The notes under the pieces were generated by a model. It ran no database searches. It was given only the letters and a program-made list of their open reading frames with translations, and was not told where the DNA came from. Of a DNA stretch of 64,000 bases, positions 12,673 to 28,500 are shown in pieces. Source of the stretch: Auanema rhodensis (Eukaryota > Animalia > Nematoda). The position numbers and the translations under genes were made by a program. The stretch covers positions 62,001-126,000 of the forward strand of contig CAXKVF010000087.1 in assembly GCA_964057225.1 (NCBI GenBank). Reading direction: 5' to 3'. The first letter of the stretch is position 1; every line of letters starts with the position of its first letter.

Positions 12673-14432
12673 CCATGTCCATATTAGTCTAAAAACGAAT
12701 TTTTATTGATATTGGTGCATGGTAACCACGACTTTGAAATTTACGTGAACTTTAATTTATGCTAATTAAATGTACACGTGATGTGCACTTGGTATGTAAC
12801 TCGCTTCACGTGAAAGATAAAGAGATGCGGTTTTCAAAATTAGATTCCCCATGTCCATATTAGTCTAAAAACAAATTTTTATTGATATTGGTTCATGGTA
12901 ACCATGACTTTGAAATTTACGTGAACTTTAATTTATGCTAATTAAATGTACACGTGATGTGCACTTGGTATGTAACTCGCTTCACGTGAAAGATAAAGAG
13001 ATGCGGTTTTCAAAATTAGATTCCCCATGTCCATATTAGTCTAAAAACAAATTTTTATTGATATTGGTTCATGGTAACCATGACTTTGAAATTTACGTGA
13101 ACTTTAATTTATGCTAATTAAATGTACACGTGATGTGCACTTGGTATGTAACTCGCTTCACGTGAAAGATAAAGAGATACGGTTTTCAAAATTAGATTCC
13201 CCATGTCCATATTAGTCTAAAAACAAATTTTTATTGATATTGGTGCATGGTAACCGTGACTTTGAAATTTACGTGAACTTTAATTTATGCTAATTAAATG
13301 TACACGTGATGTGCACTTGGTATGTAACTCGCTTCACGTGAAAGATAAAGAGATGCGGTTTTCAAAATTAGATTCCCCATGTCCATATTAGTCTAAAAAC
13401 AAATTTTTATTGATATTGGTGCATGGTAACCATGACTTTGAAATTTACGTGAACTTCAATTTATGCTAATTAAATGTACACGTGATAAGCACTTGGTATG
13501 TAACTCGCTTCACGTGAAAGATAAAGAGATGCGGTTTTCAAAATTAGATTCCCCATGTCCATATTAGTCTAAAAACGAATTTTTATCGATATTGGTGCAT
13601 GGTAACCACGACTTTGAAATTTACGTGAACTTTAATTTATGCTAATTAAATGTACACGTGATGTGCACTTGGTATGTAACTCGCTTCACGTAAAAGATAA
13701 AGAGATGCGGTTTTCAAAATTAGATTCCCCATGTCCATATTAGTCTAAAAACAAATTTTTATTGATATTGGTTCATGGTAACCATGACTTTGAAATTTAC
13801 GTGAACTTTAATTTATGCTAATTAAATGTACACGTGATGTGCACTTGGTATGTAACTCGCTTCACGTGAAAGATAAAGAGATGCGGTTTTCAAAATTAGA
13901 TTCCCCATGTCCATATTAGTCTAAAAACAAATTTTTATTGATATTGGTTCATGGTAACCATGACTTTGAAATTTACGTGAATTTTAATTTATGCTAATTA
14001 AATGTACACGTGATGTACACTTGGTATGTAACTCGCTTCACGTGAAAGATAAAGAGATACGGTTTTCAAAATTAGATTCCCCATGTCCATATTAGTCTAA
14101 AAACAAATTTTTATTGATATTGGTGCATGGTAACCGTGACTTTGAAATTTACGTGAACTTTAATTTATGCTAATTAAATGTACACGTGATGTGCACTTGG
14201 TATGTAACTCGCTTCACGTGAAAGATAAAGAGATGCGGTTTTCAAAATTAGATTCCCCATGTCCATATTAGTCTAAAAACAAATTTTTATTGATATTGGT
14301 GCATGGTAACCATGACTTTGAAATTTACGTGAACTTTAATTTATGCTAATTAAATGTACACGTGATGTGCACTTGGTATGTAACTCGCTTCACGTGAAAG
14401 ATAAAGAGATGCGGTTTTCAAAATTAGATTCC
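12673..14432 (+). repeat. Diverged 5-mer duplication (2 x 880 bp)
   Basis: The order A25G+T57C, T45, T45+G155A, A56G recurs 880 bp later (G155A at 13179 and 14059), with several private substitutions. Confidence 0.75.
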
Positions 14433-15312
14433 CCATGTCCATATTAGTCTAAAAACAAGTTTTTATTGATATTGGTGCATGGTAACCATGACTTTGAAAT
14501 TTACGTGAACTTTAATTTATGCTAATTAAATGTACACGTGATGTGCACTTGGTATGTAACTCGCTTCACGTGAAAGATAAAGAGATGCGGTTTTCAAAAT
14601 CAGATTCCCCATGTCCATATTAGTCTAAAAACGAATTTTTATTGATATTGGTGCATGGTAACCACGACTTTGAAATTTACGTGAACTTTAATTTATGCTA
14701 ATTAAATGTACACGTGATGTGCACTTGGTATGTAACTCGCTTCACGTGAAAGATAAAGAGATGCGGTTTTCAAAATTAGATTCCCCATGTCCATATTAGT
14801 CTAAAAACAAATTTTTATTGATATTGGTTCATGGTAACCATGACTTTGAAATTTACGTGAACTTTAATTAATGCTAATTAAATGTACACGTGATGTGCAC
14901 TTGGTATGTAACTCGCTTCACGTGAAAGATGAAGAGATGCGGTTCTCAAAATTAGATTCCTCATGTCCATATTAGTCTAAAAACAAATTTGTATTGATAT
15001 TGGTGCATGGTAACCATGACTTTGAAATTTACGTGAACTTTAATTTATGCTAATTAAATGTACACGTGATGTGCACTTGGTATGTAACTCGCTTCACGTG
15101 AAAGATAAAGAGATGCGGTTTTCAAAATTAGATTTCCCATGTCCATATTAGTCTAAAAACAAATTTTTATTGATATTGGTGCATGGTAACCATGACTTTG
15201 AAATTTACGTGAACTTTAATTTATGCTAATTAAATGTACACGTGATGTGCACTTGGTATGTAACTCGCTTCACGTGAAAGATGAAGAGATGCGGTTTTCA
15301 AAATTATATTCC

Positions 15313-17952
15313 CCATGTCCATATTAGTCTAAAAACAAATTTTTATTGATATTGGTGCTTGGTAACCATGACTTTGAAATTTACGTGAACTTTAATTTAT
15401 GCTAATTAAATGTACACTTGATGTGCACTTGGTATGTAACTCGCTTCACGTGAAAGATAAAGAGATGCGGTTTTCAAAATTAGATTCCCCATGTCCATAT
15501 TAGTCTAAAAACAAATTTTTATTGATATTGGTTCATGGTAACCATGACTTTGAAATTTACGTGAACTTTAATTTATGCTAATTAAATTTAGACGTGATGT
15601 GCACTTGGTATGTAACTCGCTTCACGTGAAAGATAAAGAGATGCGGTTTTCAAAATTAGATTCCCCATGTCCATATTAGTCTAAAAACAAATTTTTATTG
15701 ATATTGGTGCATGGTAACCATGACTTTGAAATTTACGTGAACTTTAATTTATGCTAATTAAATGTACACGTGATGTGCACTTGGAATGTAACTCGCTTCA
15801 CGTGAAAGATAAAGAGATGCGGTTTTCAAAATTAGATTCCCCATGTCCATATTAGTCTAAAAACAAATTTTTATTGATATTGGTTCATGGTAACCATGAC
15901 TTTGAAATTTACGTGAACTTTAATTTATGCTAATTGAATGTACACGTGATGTGCACTTGGTATGTAACTCGCTTCACGTGAAAGATAAAGAGATACGGTT
16001 TTCAAAATTAGATTCCCCATGTCCATATTAGTCTAAAAACAAATTTTTATTGATATTGGTGCATGGTAACCGTGACTTTGAAATTTACGTGAACTTTAAT
16101 TTATGCTAATTAAATGTACACGTGATGTGCACTTGGTATGTAACTCGCTTCACGTGAAAGATAAAGAGATGCGGTTTTCAAAATTATATTCCCCATGTCC
16201 ATATTAGTCTAAAAACAAATTTTTATTGATATTGGTGCTTGGTAACCATGACTTTGAAATTTACGTGAACTTTAATTTATGCTAATTAAATGTACACTTG
16301 ATGTGCACTTGGTATGTAACTCGCTTCACGTGAAAGATAAAGAGATGCGGTTTTCAAAATTAGATTCCCCATGTCCATATTAGTCTAAAAACAAATTTTT
16401 ATTGATATTGGTTCATGGTAACCATGACTTTGAAATTTACGTGAACTTTAATTTATGCTAATTAAATTTAGACGTGATGTGCACTTGGTATGTAACTCGC
16501 TTCACGTGAAAGATAAAGAGATGCGGTTTTCAAAATTAGATTCCCCATGTCCATATTAGTCTAAAAACAAATTTTTATTGATATTGGTGCATGGTAACCA
16601 TGACTTTGAAATTTACGTGAACTTTAATTTATGCTAATTAAATGTACACGTGATGTGCACTTGGAATGTAACTCGCTTCACGTGAAAGATAAAGAGATGC
16701 GGTTTTCAAAATTAGATTCCCCATGTCCATATTAGTCTAAAAACAAATTTTTATTGATATTGGTTCATGGTAACCATGACTTTGAAATTTACGTGAACTT
16801 TAATTTATGCTAATTGAATGTACACGTGATGTGCACTTGGTATGTAACTCGCTTCACGTGAAAGATAAAGAGATACGGTTTTCAAAATTAGATTCCCCAT
16901 GTCCATATTAGTCTAAAAACAAATTTTTATTGATATTGGTGCATGGTAACCGTGACTTTGAAATTTACGTGAACTTTAATTTATGCTAATTAAATGTACA
17001 CGTGATGTGCACTTGGTATGTAACTCGCTTCACGTGAAAGATAAAGAGATGCGGTTTTCAAAATTATATTCCCCATGTCCATATTAGTCTAAAAACAAAT
17101 TTTTATTGATATTGGTGCTTGGTAACCATGACTTTGAAATTTACGTGAACTTTAATTTATGCTAATTAAATGTACACTTGATGTGCACTTGGTATGTAAC
17201 TCGCTTCACGTGAAAGATAAAGAGATGCGGTTTTCAAAATTAGATTCCCCATGTCCATATTAGTCTAAAAACAAATTTTTATTGATATTGGTTCATGGTA
17301 ACCATGACTTTGAAATTTACGTGAACTTTAATTTATGCTAATTAAATTTAGACGTGATGTGCACTTGGTATGTAACTCGCTTCACGTGAAAGATAAAGAG
17401 ATGCGGTTTTCAAAATTAGATTCCCCATGTCCATATTAGTCTAAAAACAAATTTTTATTGATATTGGTGCATGGTAACCATGACTTTGAAATTTACGTGA
17501 ACTTTAATTTATGCTAATTAAATGTACACGTGATGTGCACTTGGAATGTAACTCGCTTCACGTGAAAGATAAAGAGATGCGGTTTTCAAAATTAGATTCC
17601 CCATGTCCATATTAGTCTAAAAACAAATTTTTATTGATATTGGTTCATGGTAACCATGACTTTGAAATTTACGTGAACTTTAATTTATGCTAATTGAATG
17701 TACACGTGATGTGCACTTGGTATGTAACTCGCTTCACGTGAAAGATAAAGAGATACGGTTTTCAAAATTAGATTCCCCATGTCCATATTAGTCTAAAAAC
17801 AAATTTTTATTGATATTGGTGCATGGTAACCGTGACTTTGAAATTTACGTGAACTTTAATTTATGCTAATTAAATGTACACGTGATGTGCACTTGGTATG
17901 TAACTCGCTTCACGTGAAAGATAAAGAGATGCGGTTTTCAAAATTAGATTCC
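15313..17952 (+). repeat. 5-mer HOR (880 bp) x3, essentially identical copies
   Basis: Cycle A47T+G106T / G100T+C103G / T121A / A96G+G155A / A56G(+G171T), starting at 15313, 16193 and 17073. Confidence 0.93.
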
Positions 17953-18832
17953 CCATGTCCATATTAGTCTAAAAACAAATTTCTATTGATATTGGTGCAT
18001 GGTAACCATGACTTTGAAATTTACGTGAACTTTAATTTATGCTAATTAAATGTACACGTGATGTGCACTTGGTATGTAACTCGCTTCACGTGAAAGATAA
18101 AGAGATGCGGTTTTCAAAATTAGATTCCCCATGTCCATATTAGTCTAAAAACAAATTTTTATTGATATTGGTTCATGGTAACCATGACTTTGAAATTTAC
18201 GTGAACTTTAATTTATGCTAATTAAATGTACACGTGATGTGCACTTGGTATGTAACTCGCTTCACGTGAAAGATAAAGAGATACGGTTTTCAAAATTAGA
18301 TTCCCCATGTCCATATTAGTCTAAAAACAAATTTTTATTGATATTGGTGCATGGTAACCGTGACTTTGAAATTTACGTGAACTTTAATTTATGCTAATTA
18401 AATGTACACGTGATGTGCACTTGGTATGTAACTCGCTTCACGTGAAAGATAAAGAGATACGGTTTTCAAAATTAGATTCCCCATGTCCATATTAGTCTAA
18501 AAACAAATTTTTATTGATATTGGTGCATGGTAACCGTGACTTTGAAATTTACGTGAACTTTAATTTATGCTAATTAAATGTACGCGTGATGTGCACTCGG
18601 TATGTAACTCGCTTCACGTGAAAGATAAAGAGATGCGGTTTTCAAAATTAGATTGCCCATGTCCATATTAGTCTAAAAACAAATTTTTATTGATATTGGT
18701 TCATGGTAACCATGACTTTGAAATTTACGTGAACTTTAATTTATGCTAATTAAATGTACACGTGATGTGCACTTGGTATGTAACTCGCTTCACGTGAAAG
18801 ATAAAGAGATACGGTTTTCAAAATTAGATTCC

Positions 18833-20592
18833 CCATGTCCATATTAGTCTAAAAACAAATTTTTATTGATATTGGTTCATGGTAACCATGACTTTGAAAT
18901 TTACGTGAACTTTAATTTATGCTAATTAAATGTACACGTGATGTGCACTTGGTATGTAACTCGCTTCACGTGAAAGATAAAGAGATACGGTTTTCAAAAT
19001 TAGATTCCCCATGTCCATATTAGTCTAAAAACAAATTTTTATTGATATTGGTGCATGGTAACCGTGACTTTGAAATTTACGTGAACTTTAATTTATGCTA
19101 ATTAAATGTACACGTGATGTGCACTCGGTATGTAACTCGCTTCACGTGAAAGATAAAGAGATGCGGTTTTCAAAATTAGATTGCCCATGTCCATATTAGT
19201 CTAAAAACAAATTTTTATTGATATTGGTTCATGGTAACCATGACTTTGAAATTTACGTGAACTTTAATTTATGCTAATTAAATGTACACGTGATGTGCAC
19301 TTGGTATGTAACTCGCTTCACGTGAAAGATAAAGAGATACGGTTTTAAAAATTAGATTGCCCATGTCCATATTAGTCTAAAAACAAATTTTAATTGATAT
19401 TGGTTCATGGTAACCATGACTTTGAAATTTACGTGAACTTTAATTTATGCTAATTAAATGTACACGTGATGTGCACTTGGTATGTAACTCGCTTCACGTG
19501 AAAGATAAAGTGATGCGGTTTTCAAAATTAGATTCCCCATGTCCATATTAGTCTAAAAACAAATTTTTATTGATATTGGTGCATGGTAACCATGACTTTG
19601 AATTTTACGTGAACTTTAATTTATGCTAATTAAATGTACACGTGATGTGCACTTGGTATGTAACTCGCTTCACGTGAAAGATAAAGAGATGCGGTTTTCA
19701 AAATTAGATTCCCCATGTCCATATTAGTCTAAAAACAAATTTTTATTGATATTGGTTCATGGTAACCATGACTTTGAAATTTACGTGAACTTTAATTTAT
19801 GCTAATTAAATGTACACGTGATGTGCACTTGGTATGTAACTCGCTTCACGTGAAAGATAAAGAGATACGGTTTTCAAAATTAGATTCCCCATGTCCATAT
19901 TAGTCTAAAAACAAATTTTTATTGATATTGGTGCATGGTAACCGTGACTTTGAAATTTACGTGAACTTTAATTTATGCTAATTAAATGTACACGTGATGT
20001 GCACTCGGTATGTAACTCGCTTCACGTGAAAGATAAAGAGATGCGGTTTTCAAAATTAGATTGCCCATGTCCATATTAGTCTAAAAACAAATTTTTATTG
20101 ATATTGGTTCATGGTAACCATGACTTTGAAATTTACGTGAACTTTAATTTATGCTAATTAAATGTACACGTGATGTGCACTTGGTATGTAACTCGCTTCA
20201 CGTGAAAGATAAAGAGATACGGTTTTCAAAATTAGATTGCCCATGTCCATATTAGTCTAAAAACAAATTTTAATTGATATTGGTTCATGGTAACCATGAC
20301 TTTGAAATTTACGTGAACTTTAATTTATGCTAATTAAATGTACACGTGATGTGCACTTGGTATGTAACTCGCTTCACGTGAAAGATAAAGTGATGCGGTT
20401 TTCAAAATTAGATTCCCCATGTCCATATTAGTCTAAAAACAAATTTTTATTGATATTGGTGCATGGTAACCATGACTTTGAATTTTACGTGAACTTTAAT
20501 TTATGCTAATTAAATGTACACGTGATGTGCACTTGGTATGTAACTCGCTTCACGTGAAAGATAAAGAGATGCGGTTTTCAAAATTAGATTCC
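18833..20592 (+). repeat. 5-mer HOR (880 bp) x2, different variant content
   Basis: Cycle G155A / A56G+T118C+C175G / G155A+C175G / T32A+A151T / A67T; A151T at 19511 and 20391. One mismatch seen (19347). Confidence 0.9.
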
Positions 20593-23500
20593 CCATGTCC
20601 ATATTAGTCTAAAAACAAATTTTTATTGATATTGGTGCATGGTAACCATGACTTTGAAATTTACGTGAACTTTAATTTATGCTAATTAAATGTACACGTG
20701 ATGTGCACTTGGTATGTAACTCGCTTCACGTGAAAGATGAAGAGATGCGGTTTTCAAAATTAGATTCCCCATGTCCATATTAGTCTAAAAACAAATTTTT
20801 ATTGATATTGGTGCATGGTAACCATGACTTTGAAATTTACGTGAACTTTAATTTATGCTAATTAAATGTACACTTGATGTGCACTTGGTATGTAACTCGC
20901 TTCACGTGAAAGATAAAGAGATGCGGTTTTCAAAATTAGATTCCCCATGTCCATATTAGTCTAAAAACAAATTTTTATTGATATTGGTGCATGGTAACCA
21001 TGACTTTGAAATTTACGTGAACTTTAATTTATGCTAATTAAATGTACACTTGATGTGCACTTGGTATGTAACTCGCTTCACGTGAAAGATAAAGAGATGC
21101 GGTTTTCAAAATTAGATTCCCCATGTCCATATTAGTCTAAAAACAAATTTTTATTGATATTGGTGCATGGTAACCATGACTTTGAAATTTACGTGAACTT
21201 TAATTTATGCTAATTAAATTTAGACGTGATGTGCACTTGGTATGTAACTCGTTTCACGTGAAAGATAAAGAGATGCGGTTTTCAAAATTAGATTCCCCAT
21301 GTCCATATTAGTCTAAAAACAAATTTTTATTGATATTGGTGCATGGTAACCATGACTTTGAAATTTACGTGAACTTTAATTTATGCTAATTAAATGTACA
21401 CGTGATGTGCACTTGGTATGTAACTCGCTTCACGTGAAAGATAAAGAGATACGGTTTTCAAAATTAGATTCCCCATGTCCATATTAGTCTAAAAACAAAT
21501 TTTTATTGATATTGGTGCATGGTAACCGTGACTTTGAAATTTACGTGAACTTTAATTTATGCTAATTAAATGTACACGTGATGTGCACTTGGTATGTAAC
21601 TCGCTTCACGTGAAAGATAAAGAGATGCGGTTTTCAAAATTAGATTCCCCATGTCCATATTAGTCTAAAAACAAATTTTTATTGATATTGCTTCATGGTA
21701 ACCATGACTTTGAAATTTACGTGAACTTTAATTTATGCTAATTAAATGTACACGTGATGTGCACTTGGTATGTAACTCGCTTCACGTGAAAGATAAAGAG
21801 ATGCGGTTTTCTAAATTAGATTCCCCATGTCCATATTAGTCTAAAAACAAATTTTTATTGATATTGGTGCATGGTAACCATGACTTTGAAATTTACGTGA
21901 ACTTTAATTTATGCTAATTAAATGTACACGTGATGTGCACTTGGTATGTAACTCGCTTCACGTGAAAGATAAAGAGATGCGGTTTTCAAAATTAGATTCC
22001 CCATGTCCATATTAGTCTAAAAACGAATTTTTATTGATATTGGTGCATGGTAACCACGACTTTGAAATTTACGTGAACTTTAATTTATGCTAATTAAATG
22101 TACACGTGATGTGCACTTGGTATGTAACTCGCTTCACGTGAAAGATAAAGAGATGCGGTTTTCAAAATTAGATTCCCCATGTCCATATTAGTCTAAAAAC
22201 AAATTTTTATTGATATTGGTTCATGGTAACCATGACTTTGAATTTTACGTGAACTTTTATTTATGCTAATTAAATGTACACGTGATGTGCACTTGGTATG
22301 TAACTCGCTTCACGTGAAAGATAAAGAAATGCGGTTTTCAAAATTAGATTCCCCATGTCCATATTAGTCTAAAAACAAATTTTTATTGATATTGGTTCAT
22401 GGTAACCATGACTTTGAAATTTACGTGAACTTTAATTTATGCTAATTAAATGTACACGTGATGTGCACTTGGTATGTAACTCGCTTCACGTGAAAGATAA
22501 AGAGATGCGGTTTTCAAAATTAGATTCCCCATGTCCATATTAGTCTAAAAACAAATTTTTATTGATATTGCTTCATGGTAACCATGACTTTGAAATTTAC
22601 GTGAACTTTAATTTATGCTAATTAAATGTACACGTGATGTGCACTTGGTATGTAACTCGCTTCACGTGAAAGATAAAGAGATGCGGTTTTCAAAATTAGA
22701 TTCCCCATGTCCATATTAGTCTAAAAACAAATTTTTATTGATATTGCTTCATGGTAACCATGACTTTGAAATTTACGTGAACTTTAATTTATGCTAATTA
22801 AATGTACACGTGATGTGCACTTGGTATGTAACTCGCTTCACGTGAAAGATAAAGAGATGCGGTTTTCAAAATTAGATTCCCCATGTCCATATTAGTCTAA
22901 AAACAAATTTTTATTGATATTGGTGCATGGTAACCATGACTTTGAAATTTACGTGAACTTTAATTTATGCTAATTAAATGTACACTTGATGTGCACTTGG
23001 TATGTAACTCGCTTCACGTGAAAGATAAAGAGATGCGGTTTTCAAAATTAGATTCCCCATGTCCATATTAGTCTAAAAACAAATTTTTATTGATATTGGT
23101 GCATGGTAACCATGACTTTGAAATTTACGTGAACTTTAATTTATGCTAATTAAATGTACACGTGATGTGCACTTGGTATGTAACTCGCTTCACGTGAAAG
23201 ATAAAGAGATGCGGTTTTCAAAATTAGATTCCCCATGTCCATATTAGTCTAAAAACAAATTTTTATTGATATTGGTGCATGGTAACCATGACTTTGAAAT
23301 TTACGTGAACTTTAATTTATGCTAATTAAATGTACACGTGATGTGCAATTGGTATGTAACTCGCTTCACGTGAAAGATAAAGAGATGCGGTTTTCAAAAT
23401 TAGATTCCCCATGTCCATATTAGTCTAAAAACAAATTTTTATCGATATTGGTTCATGGTAACCATGACTTTGAAATTTACGTGAACTTTAATTTATGCTA

Positions 23501-25520
23501 ATTAAATGTACACGTGATGTGCACTTGGTATGTAACTCGCTTCACGTGAAAGATAAAGAGATGCGGTTTTCAAAATTAGATTCCCCATGTCCATATTAGT
23601 CTAAAAACAAATTTTTATTGATATTGGTGCATGGTAACCATGACTTTGAAATTTACGTGAACTTTAATTTATGCTAATTAAATGTACACGTGATGTGCAC
23701 TTGGTATGTAACTCGCTTCACGTGAAAGATAAAGAGATGCGGTTTTCAAAATTAGATTCCCCATGTCCATATTAGTCTAAAAACAAATTTTTATTGATAT
23801 TGGTGCATGGTAACCATGACTTTGAAATTTACGTGAACTTTAATTTATGCTAATTAAATGTACACGTGATGTGCACTTGGTATGTAACTCGCTTCACGTG
23901 AAAGATAAAGAGATACGGTTTTCAAAATTAGATTCCCCATGTCCATATTAGTCTAAAAACAAATTTTTATTGATATTGGTGCATGGTAACCGTGACTTTG
24001 AAATTTACGTGAACTTTAATTTATGCTAATTAAATGTACACGTGATGTGCACTTGGTATGTAACTCGCTTCACGTGAAAGATAAAGAGATGCGGTTTTCA
24101 AAATTAGATTCCCCATGTCCATATTAGTCTAAAAACAAATTTTTATTGATATTGGTGCATGGTAACCATGACTTTGAAATTTACGTGAACTTTAATTTAT
24201 GCTAATTAAATGTACACGTGATGTGCACTTGGTATGTAACTCGCTTCACGTGAAAGATAAAGAGATGCGGTTTTCAAAATTAGATTCCCCATGTCCATAT
24301 TACTCTAAAAACAAATTTTTATTGATATTGGTGCATGGTAACCATGACTTTGAAATTTACGTGAACTTTAATTTATGCTAATTAAATGTACACGTGATGT
24401 GCACTTGGTATGTAACTCGCTTCACGTGAAAGATAAAGAGATGCGGTTTTCAAAATTAGATTTCCCATGTCCATATTAGTCTAAAAACAAATTTTTATTG
24501 ATATTGCTTCATGGTAACCATGACTTTGAAATTTACGTGAACTTTAATTTATGCTAATTAAATGTACACTTGATGTGCACTTGGTATGTAACTCGCTTCA
24601 CGTGAAAGATAAAGAGATGCGGTTTTCAAAATTAGATTCCCCATGTCCATATTAGTCTAAAAACAAATTTTTATTGATATTGGTGCATGGTAACCATGAC
24701 TTTGAAATTTACGTGAACTTTAATTTATGCTAATTAAATGTACACTTGATGTGCACTTGGTATGTAACTCGCTTCACGTGAAAGATAAAGAGATGCGGTT
24801 TTCAAAATTAGATTCCCCATGTCCATATTAGTCTAAAAACAAATTTTTATTGATATTGGTGCATGGTAACCATGACTTTGAAATTTACGTGAACTTTAAT
24901 TTATGCTAATTAAATGTACACGTGATGTGCACTTGGTATGTAACTCGCTTCACGTGAAAGATAAAGAGATGCGGTTTTCAAAATTAGATTCCCCATGTCC
25001 ATATTAGTCTAAAAACAAATTTTTATTGATATTGGTGCATGGTAACCATGACTTTGAAATTTACGTGAACTTTAATTTATGCTAATTAAATGTACACGTG
25101 ATGTGCAATTGGTATGTAACTCGCTTCACGTGAAAGATAAAGAGATGCGGTTTTCAAAATTAGATTCCCCATGTCCATATTAGTCTAAAAACAAATTTTT
25201 ATTGATATTGCTTCATGGTAACCATGACTTTGAAATTTACGTGAACTTTAATTTATGCTAATTAAATGTACACGTGATGTGCACTTGGTATGTAACTCGC
25301 TTCACGTGAAAGATAAAGAGATGCGGTTTTCAAAATTAGATTCCCCATGTCCATATTAGTCTAAAAACAAATTTTTATCGATATTGGTTCATGGTAACCA
25401 TGACTTTGAAATTTACGTGAACTTTAATTTATGCTAATTAAATGTACACGTGATGTGCACTTGGTATGTAACTCGCTTCACGTGAAAGATAAAGAGATGC
25501 GGTTTTCAAAATTAGATTCC

Positions 25521-28500
25521 CCATGTCCATATTAGTCTAAAAACAAATTTTTATTGATATTGGTGCATGGTAACCATGACTTTGAAATTTACGTGAACTT
25601 TAATTTATGCTAATTAAATGTACACGTGATGTGCACTTGGTATGTAACTCGCTTCACGTGAAAGATAAAGAGATGCGGTTTTCAAAATTAGATTCCCCAT
25701 GTCCATATTAGTCTAAAAACAAATTTTTATTGATATTGGTGCATGGTAACCATGACTTTGAAATTTACGTGAACTTTAATTTATGCTAATTAAATGTACA
25801 CGTGATGTGCACTTGGTATGTAACTCGCTTCACGTGAAAGATAAAGAGATACGGTTTTCAAAATTAGATTCCCCATGTCCATATTAGTCTAAAAACAAAT
25901 TTTTATTGATATTGGTGCATGGTAACCGTGACTTTGAAATTTACGTGAACTTTAATTTATGCTAATTAAATGTACACGTGATGTGCACTTGGTATGTAAC
26001 TCGCTTCACGTGAAAGATAAAGAGATGCGGTTTTCAAAATTAGATTCCCCATGTCCATATTAGTCTAAAAACAAATTTTTATTGATATTGGTGCATGGTA
26101 ACCATGACTTTGAAATTTACGTGAACTTTAATTTATGCTAATTAAATGTACACGTGATGTGCACTTGGTATGTAACTCGCTTCACGTGAAAGATAAAGAG
26201 ATGCGGTTTTCAAAATTAGATTCCCCATGTCCATATTAGTCTAAAAACAAATTTTTATTGATATTGGTGCATGGTAACCATGACTTTGAAATTTACGTGA
26301 ACTTTAATTTATGCTAATTAAATGTACACGTGATGTGCACTTGGTATGTAACTCGCTTCACGTGAAAGATAAAGAGATGCGGTTTTCAAAATTAGATTCC
26401 CCATGTCCATATTAGTCTAAAAACAAATTTTTATTGATATTGGTGCATGGTAACCATGACTTTGAAATTTACGTGAACTTTAATTTATGCTAATTAAATG
26501 TACACGTGATGTGCACTTGGTATGTAACTCGCTTCACGTGAAAGATAAAGAGATGCGGTTTTCAAAATTAGATTCCCCATGTCCATATTAGTCTAAAAAC
26601 AAATTTTTATTGATATTGGTGCATGGTAACCATGACTTTGAAATTTACGTGAACTTTAATTTATGCTAATTAAATGTACACGTGATGTGCACTTGGTATG
26701 TAACTCGCTTCACGTGAAAGATAAAGAGATGCGGTTTTCAAAATTAGATTCCCCATGTCCATATTAGTCTAAAAACAAATTTTTATTGATATTGGTGCAT
26801 GGTAACCATGACTTTGAAATTTACGTGAACTTTAATTTATGCTAATTAAATGTACACGTGATGTGCAATTGGTATGTAACTCGCTTCACGTGAAAGATAA
26901 AGAGATGCGGTTTTCAAAATTAGATTCCCCATGTCCATATTAGTCTAAAAACAAATTTTTATTGATATTGCTTCATGGTAACCATGACTTTGAAATTTAC
27001 GTGAACTTTAATTTATGCTAATTAAATGTACACGTGATGTGCACTTGGTATGTAACTCGCTTCACGTGAAAGATAAAGAGATGCGGTTTTCAAAATTAGA
27101 TTCCCCATGTCCATATTAGTCTAAAAACAAATTTTTATCGATATTGGTTCATGGTAACCATGACTTTGAAATTTACGTGAACTTTAATTTATGCTAATTA
27201 AATGTACACGTGATGTGCACTTGGTATGTAACTCGCTTCACGTGAAAGATAAAGAGATGCGGTTTTCAAAATTAGATTCCCCATGTCCATATTAGTCTAA
27301 AAACAAATTTTTATTGATATTGGTGCATGGTAACCATGACTTTGAAATTTACGTGAACTTTAATTTATGCTAATTAAATGTACACGTGATGTGCACTTGG
27401 TATGTAACTCGCTTCACGTGAAAGATAAAGAGATGCGGTTTTCAAAATTAGATTCCCCATGTCCATATTAGTCTAAAAACAAATTTTTATTGATATTGCT
27501 TCATGGTAACCATGACTTTGAAATTTACGTGAACTTTAATTTATGCTAATTAAATGTACACGTGATGTGCACTTGGTATGTAACTCGCTTCACGTGAAAG
27601 ATAAAGAGATGCGGTTTTCAAAATTAGATTCCCCATGTCCATATTAGTCTAAAAACAAATTTTTATTGATATTGCTTCATGGTAACCATGACTTTGAAAT
27701 TTACGTGAACTTTAATTTATGCTAATTAAATGTACACGTGATGTGCACTTGGTATGTAACTTGCTTCACGTGAAAGATAAAGAGATGCGGTTTTCACAAT
27801 TAGATTCCCCATGTCCATATTAGTCTAAAAACAAATTTTTATTGATATTGGTGCATGGTAACCATGACTTTGAAATTTACGTGAACTTTAATTTATGCTA
27901 ATTAAATGTACACTTGATGTGCACTTGGTATGTAACTCGCTTCACGTGAAAGATAAAGAGATGCGGTTTTCAAAATTAGATTCCCCATGTCCATATTAGT
28001 CTAAAAACAAATTTTTATTGATATTGGTGCATGGTAACCATGACTTTGAAATTTACGTGAACTTTAATTTATGCTAATTAAATGTACACGTGATGTGCAC
28101 TTGGTATGTAACTCGCTTCACGTGAAAGATAAAGAGATGCGGTTTTCAAAATTAGATTCCCCATGTCCATATTAGTCTAAAAACAAATTTTTATTGATAT
28201 TGGTGCATGGTAACCATGACTTTGAAATTTACGTGAACTTTAATTTATGCTAATTAAATGTACACGTGATGTGCAATTGGTATGTAACTCGCTTCACGTG
28301 AAAGATAAAGAGATGCGGTTTTCAAAATTAGATTCCCCATGTCCATATTAGTCTAAAAACAAATTTTTATTGATATTGCTTCATGGTAACCATGACTTTG
28401 AAATTTACGTGAACTTTAATTTATGCTAATTAAATGTACACGTGATGTGCACTTGGTATGTAACTCGCTTCACGTGAAAGATAAAGAGATGCGGTTTTCA

